64,000 nucleotides of DNA from Octopus vulgaris. Lineage: Eukaryota. The translations under genes were made by a program, and so were the position numbers. Positions 13,701 to 28,549 of the stretch are shown here, piece after piece. The first letter of the stretch is position 1. Each line of letters starts with the position of its first letter. The notes under the pieces were generated by a model. That model saw only the letters and a list, made by a program, of their open reading frames with translations, was not told the origin of the DNA and made no database searches. The stretch is taken from positions 24,490,001 through 24,554,000 of the forward strand of contig OX597823.1 in the NCBI GenBank assembly GCA_951406725.2, read 5' to 3'.

Positions 13701-16700
13701 AGAATATAATTACTATATTTTTCAGGTTCAGTAGAGGATAAATTTCTTAAAATTACAAATGTTTTTCTCATCGGACCAACTGTTAAACACTTCTTTGAAG
13801 ATTTCTTCATATCTATGAAAATATGCAGAGAAGGTAGTACCTTCTTCTGGTTTATAGCTGAATTTTTCATTTGAGTCTGCTACACTGTCAAGCAAGTACA
13901 AACCTGAAGTATTTTCAAACTCCCTCAGCATTAATTCCAGCAATTATTGGTTTAGTTGTTGTTGCTGTTGTAGTTGCTGCTACTACTAGTTGCAATGGCA
14001 ACACAGAGGCCAATAAGTTATCCATGTTAAATGATTCTTTGTTTAGTTTCATACTAAAATGTAATTTAAACATCCAATGCAAGCTTTGAACAACTCATCG
14101 CCACTTTTATATCCTTGTCGTGGATATATACTGTAATAAAGCAATGGGGAAGGAAGTATATACACGATGCACTACTATTACTATTATATGAGATTCAATG
14201 CTCTATATCAAAGGATCATAGTGAAGTGCTACCAACACAAACTGCCAATTTCTCACAGTTCTTCAATTTATAACAATGAGTGAGTCACTTTAGTCACTTG
14301 GGGGTTGGTCGGAATCCTTCCACAACACATATATACATACATGTATTTATATGTGTGAGCAAATTTCTTCAGTTTGTTTCTCACAATATGTTTTATTGTA
14401 ACATTTTCTTAATCTCCTCATTCTCACCCTCTTCCTAACGTGCACACATCATTGATGTCAGTTTTTGTTTTCAATTCCAGCTTACAACAAAATAGACTGT
14501 GGAACACCAAGAGACATTGCTGGTGCATCAAAGTCCTACAATACCACCAAATATAGATCTGAAGTGATCTACAAATGTCCACGGGAAGAAAAACTAGTGT
14601 CGAGATGTGAAAAGGACAAAAAGTGGACTGTGGTAGATTCTGCTTGTGAAGGTAAAACAAATAGATTTTCTCTTGTTAATTCTCTCTATCTAATTTTTAT
14701 TTATCTTTGTGCTAAATGTCTTCTGTCAGAATGGGACTGGTTAACTCTATGGCAATTTCCACCATGATTGTGGATTGTAATCAGATAAATATACAGAAAA
14801 TATAAGTGCACATGATATACACTTGAAAAAGATGATGATGTTGATGATAATGATACAATCCTCCTGATTCAGGACTACTTCAATTTTGACCTATGAAGAA
14901 AACCTATGACCTGAAATCACTGTTTACACTGCTGATTGGATATCCTCAATAAATGTCATTCTTTAATCAACAGGTTTATACAGATTTATCCCATTAAGTC
15001 TTGAAAATTTTGCCACTTTCACCCTATTTCAATGAATTCACACAAGGACAATATATCTCTCATCACTCTCATTTTCATTTACAAGTGAAACTTGACATAA
15101 AAATGAGTTATCAAACAAACATGGAAGTCACAGTCCTTAGACCTGTCAGACTTATCTACCTTGGACTTATTTTCCTTTAGCTTCAAGAATGTAATATTAT
15201 CAGGGCTAGTGGTTGGTATTTGAGTAGTGAGAATACAATATTGAGAGAGCCATTTATTTTTGTCTTATCAACAACATGGTGACCTGTGTAGTGCTGGTGC
15301 TATGATGAATTACACATTATACAAACTGAGAGTGGATGGTGTTGTCAATGGCATTCAACCAAGAAACCATGCCAAATATAACATACAAGTGAGAAGTGAA
15401 ACTGAAATTTAATAATAATTTAAAGGACAGTACTTTCAAATACAAACTGAGTTACTTACTACAAACTGTCCAGTCAAGGCCAGCAGCTTGAAAATTAGAC
15501 ATGTTATGATAATAATGAAGATATACATATACGTACTTACATACATTCATACATACATACATACATATTCATATTTATATTTATATATATGTATGTCATC
15601 TCATCAGGGTAACAAGCCAAAGTCATTTATAAATATTTAACCCTTTTGTACTTAAACCAGCTAAAATATTCTAACTGTTTCAAGCTAAAACTGGTCAGAT
15701 ATGGTCTTTCATAGCTACCTTACAGTGTCATTTCAAAATTAAGCAATCACATTATTGAAATCTCAAAGCTATGAAATAATGCATGATTAACTTAAAATGG
15801 GGTCAATACATAAGTTTCATATTTGACAGAATAATCTAAAATGCTTAATGGTTAATGAAGCAAATAGAAAGAAAGCTGAGAAGAGGAAATGTAAAAAGGA
15901 AGAGGTAGCAAGTGGTAGAGAGGAAAAAAAACAAACAAAAGGGAAATGGCTGAACAATATAGTAGTAAAGAGGATAGAAAGTAAAGGTATACTAGAAAAT
16001 AAATAAACATATAAATCTTTGCCTTTTACTTGTTTCAGTCATTAGACTACAGCCATGCTGGGGCACCTCCTTGAAGAATTTTAGTTGACAGAATAGACCC
16101 CAGTACTTATTGCACATTCTTGGAGCATACTAGCTTCATTCATCTCTAGTCTTTGCAGATCATCTCCATTCACAGTCCACATCTCACTGCCATATAGTAT
16201 ACTTGTTTCTACACATGAACATACAATCTGCCTTTCACTCAAAGAGAGAGATCTTTTGTTGCTAGCAAAGATAATAGCTCTCTAGGCTTTATCTCATTTT
16301 ATTAATCAAGCAACTATACATTCAGAATATCCTACTCTGCTGCTAATTAGGTCACCCATGTAACAGACACTGTCTACAACTTCCAGGAGGCTTCCTGGAA
16401 AATCCAATTCCTGTGTGTCCTTAATATTTACTGTTCCTGCACATCTGCCACATTACAAAGACTACTTTCTCTGTTAACCTTCCAGTAATTCCACTGCACC
16501 TCTTATATGTCTATATGTTGCACAGAGTACAGCATATGGAATTCCTACCAACACCTTTCCTACTTATTTAACAGGGCACACACATAATATACATGCAACA
16601 TTCTTGTCATTTTCTGTTTTCAATTTCAGCTTTTGAAGAAATCGACTGTGGAAATCCAAAAGACATTGCTGGTGCAGACAAGTCCTATGAAACTACTACC

Positions 16701-19700
16701 TATAAATCTGAAGTGACCTATACTTGCCCAGAGGGAGAACAAATAAAGTCAATATGTGAAAAGGACAACAAATGGTCTCCAATTGTGGAAACTTGTAAAG
16801 GTAACATAAATGGCTTATTTCTTGTTCTCTCTGCCTATGTAATTTTGTTTTAACTTTTTGTTAAATGCATTTGTCAGAGAAAGATTGATTGAATATTTGA
16901 CAAGTTCCTCAGTGGTTGTGGTTGTTGGTGGGGGGAACTCTAGTTATCCTCAGACCAGAGATCTCACAAATGCTTATAACAAAGTGGACATGGTCAATTC
17001 CACTGAAGGCCAAGGTAATGGTATTAAACTGGATGATGGATTAAGTCCACCAACCAAGAGCTGGAAGTGTGGACAGTTTTTTTCTCTCCTACCCTCTTCA
17101 ATATAGTTCACATCCACCAAATTTCTTCTTCAAGGCTTAATTGTGAAGTGAATTTTTAACCATGCAGAAATAACTCTACCTGTACCTAATGTCTGACAAG
17201 AAAACTTACTATCTCCATAGCTATACTACAGCTCATCTTGATAGATTTTCTCTTAACTTCTAGCAGGAAATTTCTCTTCCATATTTTGTGCTACCATCCA
17301 GAACTCTGTAAATATAATGTCTGAGTTTTTCTTTACTAAAATGTAGCAATCCCCTAATACAGACTGCTGATGCCCTTGTTATCTTTCATTCAACTACCTA
17401 TAATTATAATACTACTAATAACAATAATGGTTTCTGATTTAGGCACAAAGCAGTAGTTTTTAATGGATTGCATTTAGTCAAAACCATGAACACTGCTAAT
17501 TGCCTGGCACATTGTTTTATTCATCCCCACAAGATTGAAAGCCAAATTTGACCTTGGTTTAATCTGAACTAATGGCCAAATGAGCCTGAATATTTATTGT
17601 AAAGCCTTTATTCTAATATTCTAATTAGTGCTCATCATCATCATAATTTAAAAGCAATTTTCTATGCTGGCATGGGTTGGACAGTTTGATAGTGTCCAAT
17701 GAACTGTAGAGCTGCATTAAACCCAATGTCATTTTTGACATGGTTTCCATGGCTGGATTTCTTTCCTAACACTAACCACTTTACAGTGTGTACTGGATCC
17801 CTTTCCTTGGTACTTATGAGGTCACCAGTAGCTTGCAAGACAAAATAAAGAAAAGGTAACAAAATGCCCCCTAAGCTAAGTGGGAGTGTATTTGAGAGAG
17901 TGAGAGGTAGATTGGTGCTGTGTGTTGAAGGCTAAGGTATGATAGAGTGACAAGCATAGGTGTCTTACTATGGAGAAGCTGCACAACTACTCTATATTAC
18001 GTGATGATGGGTAAGAGTAACTGGAAGAGAGATAAAGTTGGTGATAGAAGGGTACTAGATCTTGCTCTCAAGGTAAAAGATGATGAATATAAGGAAGAAT
18101 ATAGATTGTGGGTGAAGAAGAAAGAAAAGGATGGGTAATTTCATAAGGATGTGGGAAGAGATTGGGCTAGAAGTGGGTGTTCAGAGTGATAAAAGAAGGT
18201 GAAGCTATGGTTACTAGGAAATACTGGTATGAAGAGAGAGGTGAGAGATAGAATTCACTCAAGAAGGAGGAGGTGATGAGTAGAGTAGCATATATTTTAC
18301 TGTATTCATCTCAAAGAGGACTGTCCAAGCACTTCCATGACTGTAGATCATATTTAGGACCAAGAGAACCCTTTGGTAGCACTGCTAACCCAAGGGCTTC
18401 AGAAAGTTTCCCAATGTTATTACCTGAGCAAAAAGTCTTCCGAAACAAACTTATCAATTCATTGTCATTGATGACAAAAGGAAACCTGAGATTATCATTA
18501 CTTTATCCCACCATTAACCCTCAATAGATTGTTAGAGTGGAACTTCCACCAATCCCATTGCCTGAGATATGTTTGATCCTGCATACTTTATCTTTGGAAA
18601 TCCTTTGTTTTCCATTAGATAATGTGAAATGCCCTTTTTAAATATGGTTGAGAGCGATTGATAGAGGTTTTGTTAATATTTCTAATATATTGGGCATCCA
18701 AATAGGGATTCCACAGTAAATATTGAACTTAATATTACAAGCTAACAGATCTGACACAGCTTATCCTCTGCTGTAAATTGTTGCTTGGTTCAACACCACC
18801 AAATGACACTTCAGGTGATCATGGTACACGATTGTTGGTCACTGTATCTATATTTATTACATTATCGGGCATTCATATTGACTCACAACTGCTGATGTTG
18901 AACATGGACCACAGGAATCTCATAAACATAGAAAGAAGAGTGGCCACAGAATTTCATGAAATAACTGTTTCTGTCATGACTAGCTTATTAAAAGATACCA
19001 TCTTGTTGTACTCAATTCTGTATGACACATAGCCAAATATATTTAGAGAAAACAGTGAGATTGTGTGACTTCATGGGCACTAACTGTCTTTATAAAATGA
19101 AATTTTGTTGCACTGAGGATCAAACCCAGATCATTGACTGGCGTCACTTAATTCCTATTTATACTAAAAGAATACCCATGGCAAAATACTCAGTGTTACT
19201 TCCTGCATGGAAAAAAAATAGCAATGTAACTACTCATTGAACCAAGATATTATGATCAATTAAAGATTCACTCTCAGCGTATGATGTGGGGAGGTTAAAA
19301 TTATTACATAAGTGTCTTACTTTGGTCATGAAATTAAGAAGAGAGAGCCTTGTGAAGATAATCTCTCTTCTTTTATTCATTTCATTAAAAGTTAAATTTC
19401 CACGAATTAAAATTTCTTGGTTTGCTACTTTAAGTAGTGAGTGTCCATATTTACTACATAGTTATATGATTCACAAGATGGTTATGGAAGAGAAATGATT
19501 TTTGTTTTCCCACACAAACTTTTGCAAAATAGTAAAGTAGTGAGTTACACCCTTTTGCATTCACAGTTCAATTCCAAACAAGATGTGCTTCAGCTTTTAT
19601 GATTCGATGGTTGATAAAGCAAATACTTGTCAAGTTCTGAGGTTGATTTATTTTCATTTATATTGGGTTATCCCATAAATAATACTGTTTTCTCAATTGC

Positions 19701-21793
19701 ATGAACTAAAAGTTAGAGAGGAAGCTATAATGGGAGTAACAAAAGAGCTTATTTGGTATATTTTGCTTTATGAGTTCAATAAAGGCAACAACGCCATGGA
19801 AAGTGCAAAGAATATTAATGCAATATATGGGGATCGGACAATAAGTGCAAGCCAGTGTCTATGGTGGTTCCAGAAATTCCAAACCCAAAACTACAGCCTA
19901 GAAGACAATCCTCATCCTGGAAGATCTGTAGATCTCAACAAGGACGTCCTACAAACCCTGGTGGAACAAAATCCCATCGTAACTGTTGAGGAACTAGCAG
20001 AGAAGCTTGGATGTGGCAAGTCAACCTTTCATGAAAACCTGTATGCCATCGGAAAAGTCAGCTAATTGGGTCAATGGGTTCCTCGCAAACTTTCCATGTC
20101 TAATCGATCACACAGTATGAATGAGTGATTTTCTTGCTGTCTCATTTCACAAATGAATGTTTTTGGGACTGAATAGTGACTGGTGATAAGAAATGGGTTC
20201 TCTATGAATATGTCAGGCACTGATGAGAGTGGGTAGGGAAAGGAGAAGCACTGCCACCCCAGGTGAAAGAAGATCTTCACCCATATAATGTAGTGAAATA
20301 TATAGTCTGTACAATGTGTTGATTTGGTTGCATGTATGTTATTACAAGAGTTCATACAGAGATGAAAGAATAAATACAAGATCTATATATTTACTACACC
20401 CACATAAGGTGTTATTACATGTTTGGTGGGATATAAAAGGTTTAGTCCACTTTGAACTTTTAAACCCAAATCAGATGATAACAAAGGACATCTACAACAA
20501 GCAGCTCGAACAGCTTAAATCAGCACTAGAAGGGAAACGACCACAGATAATGCTCTAACACATACAGTGAGGATGACATTCCAAAGGCTGGAGCAGTTTG
20601 AATGAGAAATGATGCCCAACCCGCCATATTCACTGGACATTACCCCATTTCCTTATCGTTTATTCTGCAGTCTTCAAAATCATTTGAACGGGAGAAATAT
20701 GAATTCTGTAGATGAGGTTCAAGCAGTAATAGAGGAGTATTTTTTGTCACAGACAAGTGAATTCTGGAAGAGGGGCCTTGCAAGTCTACCAAATAGATGG
20801 AAGAGCATTGTGGAAAATGAAAGAGAGTATATTTTAGAGTACAAAAGAACTTTGTTTATCTTAAATTTGAAAAATAGAAGAAGTATAAAAAAAAAACACA
20901 TTTTAAGTTAGGAAATATTATCATTAATAATATTGCTATCAATAATAATTATAACTATTCTTGTTGTTAAGGATAATACATTGACAGAATCATTTGAGCA
21001 TCGGACAAACTGTGTTATAGCATTTGTTCAGGCATCAGAGTTCAAATGCTGTTGATGTTAACTTTACTCTTCTAGGGCCAATGAAATATGATACTGGTCA
21101 GGATTAGTAGGCAATTTCATTGATAAATTCCAGCCTCAAAGTTTTGTCTTAATTTCTATGATGGATTATCATTTATTTTGCTGTAGGTGTTATTGTTTAT
21201 TGGTTTCAATTTTACTTTAATTCCAGATACTCAGATACATTTTGTGAAAGTAAAAGGTGCAGCTCTTGCTGTACCTGGCAAAATATTTTGGAATAAGGAA
21301 AATGTAACAGTAAAAGGCTGTGCAGAAAAGTGTTTATCTGTCCCAAATTGCTTATCATTTGAAATAAATAAAGTAAATGGGAAATGTTTCTTATCAAAGC
21401 AAGCTGCAAGTTCCTCCAAGAATATGAAAACAGACTCAAGCAAAGATTACTACCAACGAGTAAAATGTAATTATTCTTTGTATTTTATTATTGAAATTAT
21501 CCTCTCCTCTTCTTACGAAATTTGTGATTCCATTTGAATTTCTTTGAATAATTATGGACAACTATTTCTGTAAAGACATTGATAGGTTCATCTATAACAC
21601 TAAGCATAAACATTTTCCTGTAAAAGAAAAACAATATTAAGAACTGTAAATACTCCTAAGACATTGTCATACAGCATTTGTTCACCTTGAACATTCCTGT
21701 GAATGTTTTCAGTTGTTTGTGTGTGTGTATTTCTGTGTCTGTCTGTGTGTAAGAAAGGAAATTATTGTTCTTTTTCTTAAAACCAAATGGTGA

Positions 21794-21826
<33 letters not shown>

Positions 21827-21848
21827 CAGCAGCAGCAGCAGTAGTAGT

Positions 21849-21880
<32 letters not shown>

Positions 21881-24800
21881 CAGCAGCAGCAGTAGTAGTA
21901 GCAGCAGCAGCAGCAGATTTCATTCATTCTACATGTTGACAATGTCTCACTCCTGCTTGTGCTACTTAATCCAATATACAGAATTACAGAAAAAGTAATA
22001 CCAAGCTGTTGTTGTGCATTTTGTATATTTTCTCATGGTTAATATAGCAAGATACCCTTCATGTCACCAACCATTATACCACATGAAGAGAGTACATTTT
22101 CCCATACTTCTAGAATCAGAGGAGTTATCTGCAGAGACAAAAGAAAAGTTTCTGCTTAAAGAACAACACAGCAAAGAAAATCATTCAGTGTAGCTCAAGG
22201 ATTTTATCCTTTCCTGTTGAAATTCTTCCTTACTGAAATCCTGGACATAAGAAGAAATTTGCAAGTATTAGTGATCCAGTATTCAAATATTCATGGTTGC
22301 CAGGATGTCGTTGATTATGATCAGACTTTCTGGCTCAAAAATAAAATGTGGGATCCATTTCTCTGAATATTTATGTGGAACTTTAACTGAGCTGAAGTTG
22401 CAGATTTCACTCCAATATTTATTATTGGCACTCTCAAGAAGTTCAAGCACATTCACAGATCAGGTTTATACAGAGGTAATATTCCAGCAATTTCAATAAT
22501 ATGAACAGCAATGACATGAAAAGGTTTAGCAAGAAATTGACATGAATCTTCAAAGAGTTTGATATAACCATAAGAATTACTACCAATCTAACTATGTTCA
22601 ACAAAGTGGACATTACATTAGAATTAAAGTCTGGTATCTTACAAAAAGCCTGACAAGGAGAACAGACATCTTCATTTGAGCTCCTTCTTCCAAGCTATAG
22701 TAAACCATTACATAAGAGAATCTCCAATTCATCCTCAAATTGAGATATTTGTGACAGCATCTAAAGATAGCTGTTAGCTAGGATTGGCTTTTGTGAGAAG
22801 TATAATAAGAGTATCTTCCACCAACACACTCGAAAAATATTTAGAAAGAGGATAATTTGATTCAGTTCATCCTTCAAACTAAATGTCACCATGAACATAA
22901 CAAGAGAATTTTTGTCTTCCATTTGACACAATTTCTCAGGCATGCATAAGTATCACAAGCTAGTTAATGCACATTGTGTTAAGTTTCATGTCTAGACATG
23001 ACATATAGCATTCTATGCTACAGCAGGAAAATACACTTATACAACCTTTATTGCAGACATCAACTTGCGTCTGTCAACATCACTCCACATCTATGCTGAA
23101 AGAATTCTGCCTTTTTATGACAGTAGTTTATAGAACAAACTTACTCCACCTGATGAATTCCTAATGAATTTCATGGGACTCTTTCAGGGGAGTTTGAATC
23201 AGCATATATACTCCTTCAAGTTCATATATAGGAAAATTTCACCTCTCTTGCTCTGTTTTATTTGGGAAGTTCAGGAACAGGGAAATGATCTTCCCATATA
23301 ACCTCAAGTATACTCACCACACCTACTCCCTAATCAGAAAGCAATCTTTGTTTCACTGACTTGGCCATAGACTTAAAACAGTTTGTTGGGGGAAGATACA
23401 ACTCCAGGATGCTCACTGTGAAAAAGCACTGTGTATTTTAGGGTGCAGCACTTATAATGAGAAATGAAGAGAGAAACTATTTTGTGCTCTCACACTAACT
23501 GTGGATTTTATGCCATTATTGGGCCTTTGGCACTATATCAAATCATACAAAGAGTAAAGCTGTAAATCAGGTTCCATTTCAAACACTAAAGTGCTCAAAT
23601 GCACCTTGCAGAAAATTTGGAATATAATATTTATGCTTAACTAGCAAAGATACCCGGCATTGCCCGTGTTACATACAATTGAAGAATTAGACTTTTCTGT
23701 TATACTTTCTCTAATGAACTGGAATATCTATGTTTCGATTTTCATCAAAATTGCAGATGAGGGTTATTTCCCTCTTTACACACTCCCAAAAAATTGTAAT
23801 CGTCCCATATGTATCCCATGCTACTGATTTTTATGTGCATATTCCAAAATTCCAGTCTTATTGAACCTGTTAAAAAGATATTGCTCCTGAAAAATGAAGG
23901 TCATGGAGCTCTAAAATGTGAGAGTTAAGGCCCCTGTTGGGGGTGGCATCTTAATGTCAACCAGAGAAGTTATCTCTCCATTTCTCCTCTCTGTCTATGT
24001 CACTCCTTTGTGTTCCATCTTTTACGGTACGTCGCCAATCTTTACAGTTACTGGCAACTGCTTCCCAGTGGGTAATATTGATGTTGCAGGCATTCATGTC
24101 TGTTTTGCAAACATCCTTGTATCATAAGAACAGTCTTCCCACAGACCAAGTGCCCCTCGCAAGCTCTTCGAAGAGTATGTCCTTGGGGATTCTGCCATCT
24201 TCCATACAGGTAACATGTCCATCCATCTCATACGTCTTTGTGTGAGGAGTGCAAACATGCTTCGTATTCCTGCTTGCTTGAGGACATCTTTGTTGGGGAC
24301 ATGATTCAGCCATTTAATGTGAAGGATTTTCTGGAGGCTGTGCAGGTGAAAGATATTTAGGCAACGCTCTTGGCGTGTGTATGGCGTCCAAGTCTTACTT
24401 GGACATGCCTGGTAAATCTTCCTTTTTGTGGTCTTGGTTAGCTTATTGTTGTCCCATGCCTGTTTCGAGAGTTGGGCCATCACAGCAGCTGCCTTGCCAA
24501 TGCGTAAATTGAGCTCAGCATCAAGGTATAGGTTGTAGGTGACGGTAGATCCAAGATAGGTAAACTTCTCTACCTCCTGTAGTATGTGGTCTCCGATATG
24601 TATGTTTCAGATGTCCGATGGAACCTGACCCATGATGTTGGTCTTCTTGAGGCTGATAACTAAGCCAAAGTCGCTACATTCTTGCTCAAAACAGTTGATG
24701 AGCCTTTGTAGGGCTTCTTCTGTGTGATACCAGAGCGGCATCATCAGCAAATAGCATCACCTTGATGAAGACGCTTCTGATTTTGGTCTTGGCATGCAGA

Positions 24801-27800
24801 TGCGAGAGATTGAACAGTTTCCCGTCACTTCTACTGTGCAGAAACACTCCATCATCTGATGTCTCAAAGGCATGTGACAGCAGCAGTGAGAAGATGCCAA
24901 ATAATGTAGGAGCGAGGACACAACCTTGCTTTACCCCGTTTTTTATTTGGAAGGCGGCTGATGTTGAACCATTGTGCTGTATGGTGCCTTGCATAGCATC
25001 ATGGAAAGATTTGATGATCCTCAGCAGCTTTGGTGGACATCTGATTTTTTGGAGCAGGATGAAGAGGCCTTTTCTACTTACCAATCTACTTGTCCAATCA
25101 ATGAAGGCCATATATACTGGCCTTTTCTGCTCTCTGGACTTCTCCTGAAGTTGGCGTATGGAGAATATCATGTCAGTAGTTGATCTGCTTCTTCTAAAGC
25201 CACACTGCGATTCTGGATAAATTCGAGAAGCAAGCAGTTGTAGCCTGGACAGGATAATGTGAGCAAAAGCCTTTCCAACAGTTCTTAGAAGAGATATTCC
25301 ATGGTAATTGTTACAATCACCATGGTCAACTTTGTTTTTGTAAAGTGTAATGATATTAGCATCCCACATATCCTGAGGGACCGTACCCTCTTCCAAGACT
25401 GTGACACAGAAGCTCATGAAGGTGCCGAAGCAGGATGGTGTTTTTTCCGGTTTTGATGATCTCTAATGGGATACCGTCTTTTCCCGGAGCCTTGTTACTT
25501 GCTAGAGAGTTGGTGAGCTCTGCTATAGATGGCAAGATCTTGACACCCTCGATTGCAGCCTCACCTACTGTGGTCTCTCATGAGTAGAGATCCTGGTGGT
25601 ACTCCACCCATCTATCCCTTTGTTTGCTTTGGTCCTTGATGAGATCTCCAGTAGTTGATTTCAGAGGGGCTGACTTGGTTGTGGATGGATCGAGGGCCTT
25701 CTTCAAACCGGCATACATCTCACGGGTGTCACCACTGTCAGCAGCTGACTGGATACTCTGACAGATTTCCTGCCAATACCTATTTGCACAGCATCTGGCA
25801 GTCAGTTGGGTTTTATTTCTTGCTTTTCTGAGTTCTTCGTGTGACTTTGTAGAAGAATCACTCTTGTATTGCATCAGAGCTGCACGCTTTGCTTCTATAA
25901 CTGTTTCCAGCTTTGAGAGCCCAGCACTGAACCAATCTGGGTTTTGCCTTTCTCTCATGCTGAAAGTCTCTATTGATGTGGTATACAAAGCTTCCCTGAT
26001 ATAATTCCACCTACTTTCAGCAGAGGACATTGGGCAGCTACTGAGGGCAACCTTGATAGAAACAGCAAAACATTTTCGCAGAGTAGGGTCCGAGGTTCTG
26101 GCAGTGTTAATGCGTGGTCGGCCCATTTTCTTGAAGTGATGGACTTTTTTAGGCAGAATCCTCACCCTGCTTCTTATTAGTGAATGATCTGTGTCACAAT
26201 CTGCGCTCTGGTAACTATGGGTCAGTTGAACAAAATTCAGAAAGGATCTTCGTGTAATGATGAGATCCAGCTGATGCCAGTTGTGAGATCTTGGATGTCT
26301 TCAAGATGACTTGTGGGATGTCTTGTTGGCAAAGAATGTGTTGGTGATGCACATGTTATGGTATGTGCTAAATTCAAGTAGTCTCTGACCATTGTCATTC
26401 ACGTTGCCAATACCAAAACACATACACTTACATATATACATACATATACATACAGTTGATTTCTTTTAGTTTCTGTCTACAAAATCCACTGACAAGGCTT
26501 TGGTTGGTCTCAGGCTATAGCAGAACACACATGCCAAGTTACCACACAGTGGGACTGAACTGGAGACCATGTGTTTTTGGAACCAAGTTTGTTACCATAC
26601 AGCCATACCTGCACCTATGTATGTGTAGGTGTGTGTGTTTGTGTATGTGTGTATGGCAGTATATATGTATGCATTATATTATATGTATATATATGTGTGC
26701 ATATTACATGTACATCTATATATATACATCTAGACATACATGTATACATATACATGTATATCTATAGAAATATATCTATATATATACATGTATACATATA
26801 CAAGTATATATATACATGTATATATATATATATATATACATCCATATACATACAACAGAGAGATGCTTTTGTTTCACTTTTAACACGTAATACTGAAATA
26901 GTGGAGAAGATGTGATATTGCTGTGGGCTCGCCCTAGGCATGAAGTTAAACATTTCTTTTGCCCATGACACTACATGGACCCTAAGTAAGGCATGTGTAA
27001 AATTTGAATGAAATTGGTTGTGTAGTTCTCACGTTTTAGGGATTCACAGTCAGATAGACAGACAGACACACATTCTCAGTTTTATATATATAGATTCCTT
27101 TAGATTTAGCACACCATTTTCATGCTAATGTTACATATAATAGTTATTGATATAATACCATGTAATATAATATAAATGTATAAACAAAATCACAAATCAA
27201 TGAATAGCAAGGTACAAATGTAAATGGTTCCTAACTTTCATCTAATTTGTCTTTACACACAAATTCATTACCATCTTTTTCTTATTTTGCTGATATTTGG
27301 AAAAATGTAAATTTTTATTATGTTTGAGAAATTTATTATGATTACGAGTGCTGAAAAACACCAATTACAACTGATAAATTGGCTGAGCTATGGTGTAGAG
27401 CAGAAATAAACAGAATTGGATCTGTACACAATTAAAGGAGAGAAGTACAAATGTATTATCTGCAGCTTAATTATGGAATCAAGGTTTCAAATAAGTCTGA
27501 AGGTGTTCTACAAATCATATGCATTCTGATTAGGGTGTCATTTTGCAGATCAATTATTTGTTTATAATAAATCGACCATTTTCAAAATTATGCATCACAT
27601 GCTTTACAGTATTTAATATATGCTAGGAAATATGTGTGTCTGCATGTGCATTTGTGTCTGTGTGTTTGTATGGGTGGATGTGTATAAAATAAATTTCTTG
27701 TTTTCTATTTTGTTTCAGTCGATAAAGGGCCTATTATGCTGAAGAAGGTTGGGATACCAAGCAAAGCTACCTTAGGACAGCTTAAGGATAAAACCTTAAA

Positions 27801-28285
27801 GGAGTGTGATAAGGCTTGTCAACAATATGAAGGATGTAACTCTTATCAGTACAATGATGAATTTAAGTTGTGTGATCTGAGTAATGCGACTCAGTTGAGT
27901 GATGATGTACTTAAACCCAGCGATGGAAAATGGGATATATACTTAACTAACCCAGGTCAGTAAAGTGTTTCTATTTCATTTGTTGTGTGCATGCCTGGTG
28001 TATTTACATAAATGTGTGTGTGTGTGTGTGTACATATTTATCTATTTATGTGTCTATATATTTATATACATAATCATATATATATACAGGTATGTTGGTC
28101 CATGCAGGAAAAAGAGAACTCAGACTATGAGTACATGTATATTTTTATTACTATTTAGCAGAAGTAACAGAGTGACTCAAGGTTTGGGATTTTGTGCATT
28201 GGCACTTATCAAAGTTTGATAAGTGCCAGCACATGCAACTCTCAGACCTTGAGTCACTCTGTTACTTGTGCTAAATAGTAATAAG

Positions 28286-28316
<31 letters not shown>

Positions 28317-28511
28317 ATATATATATATATGTGTGTGTGTGTATGTGTCTCTCTCTCTCTTGTTTCTCTCCTTGTGTTTTTCTGTGTCTCTTTCTGTAGA
28401 AGAGCTTAGGCTCGAAATGTAAAAGACTTTTTCAATTCCTGAGCGTTATACTAATACATCTGTTTGTTTTCTACACCACCTGTCTTCATCTTTTGTTTTT
28501 TCGAAAGCTCT

Positions 28512-28549
<38 letters not shown>

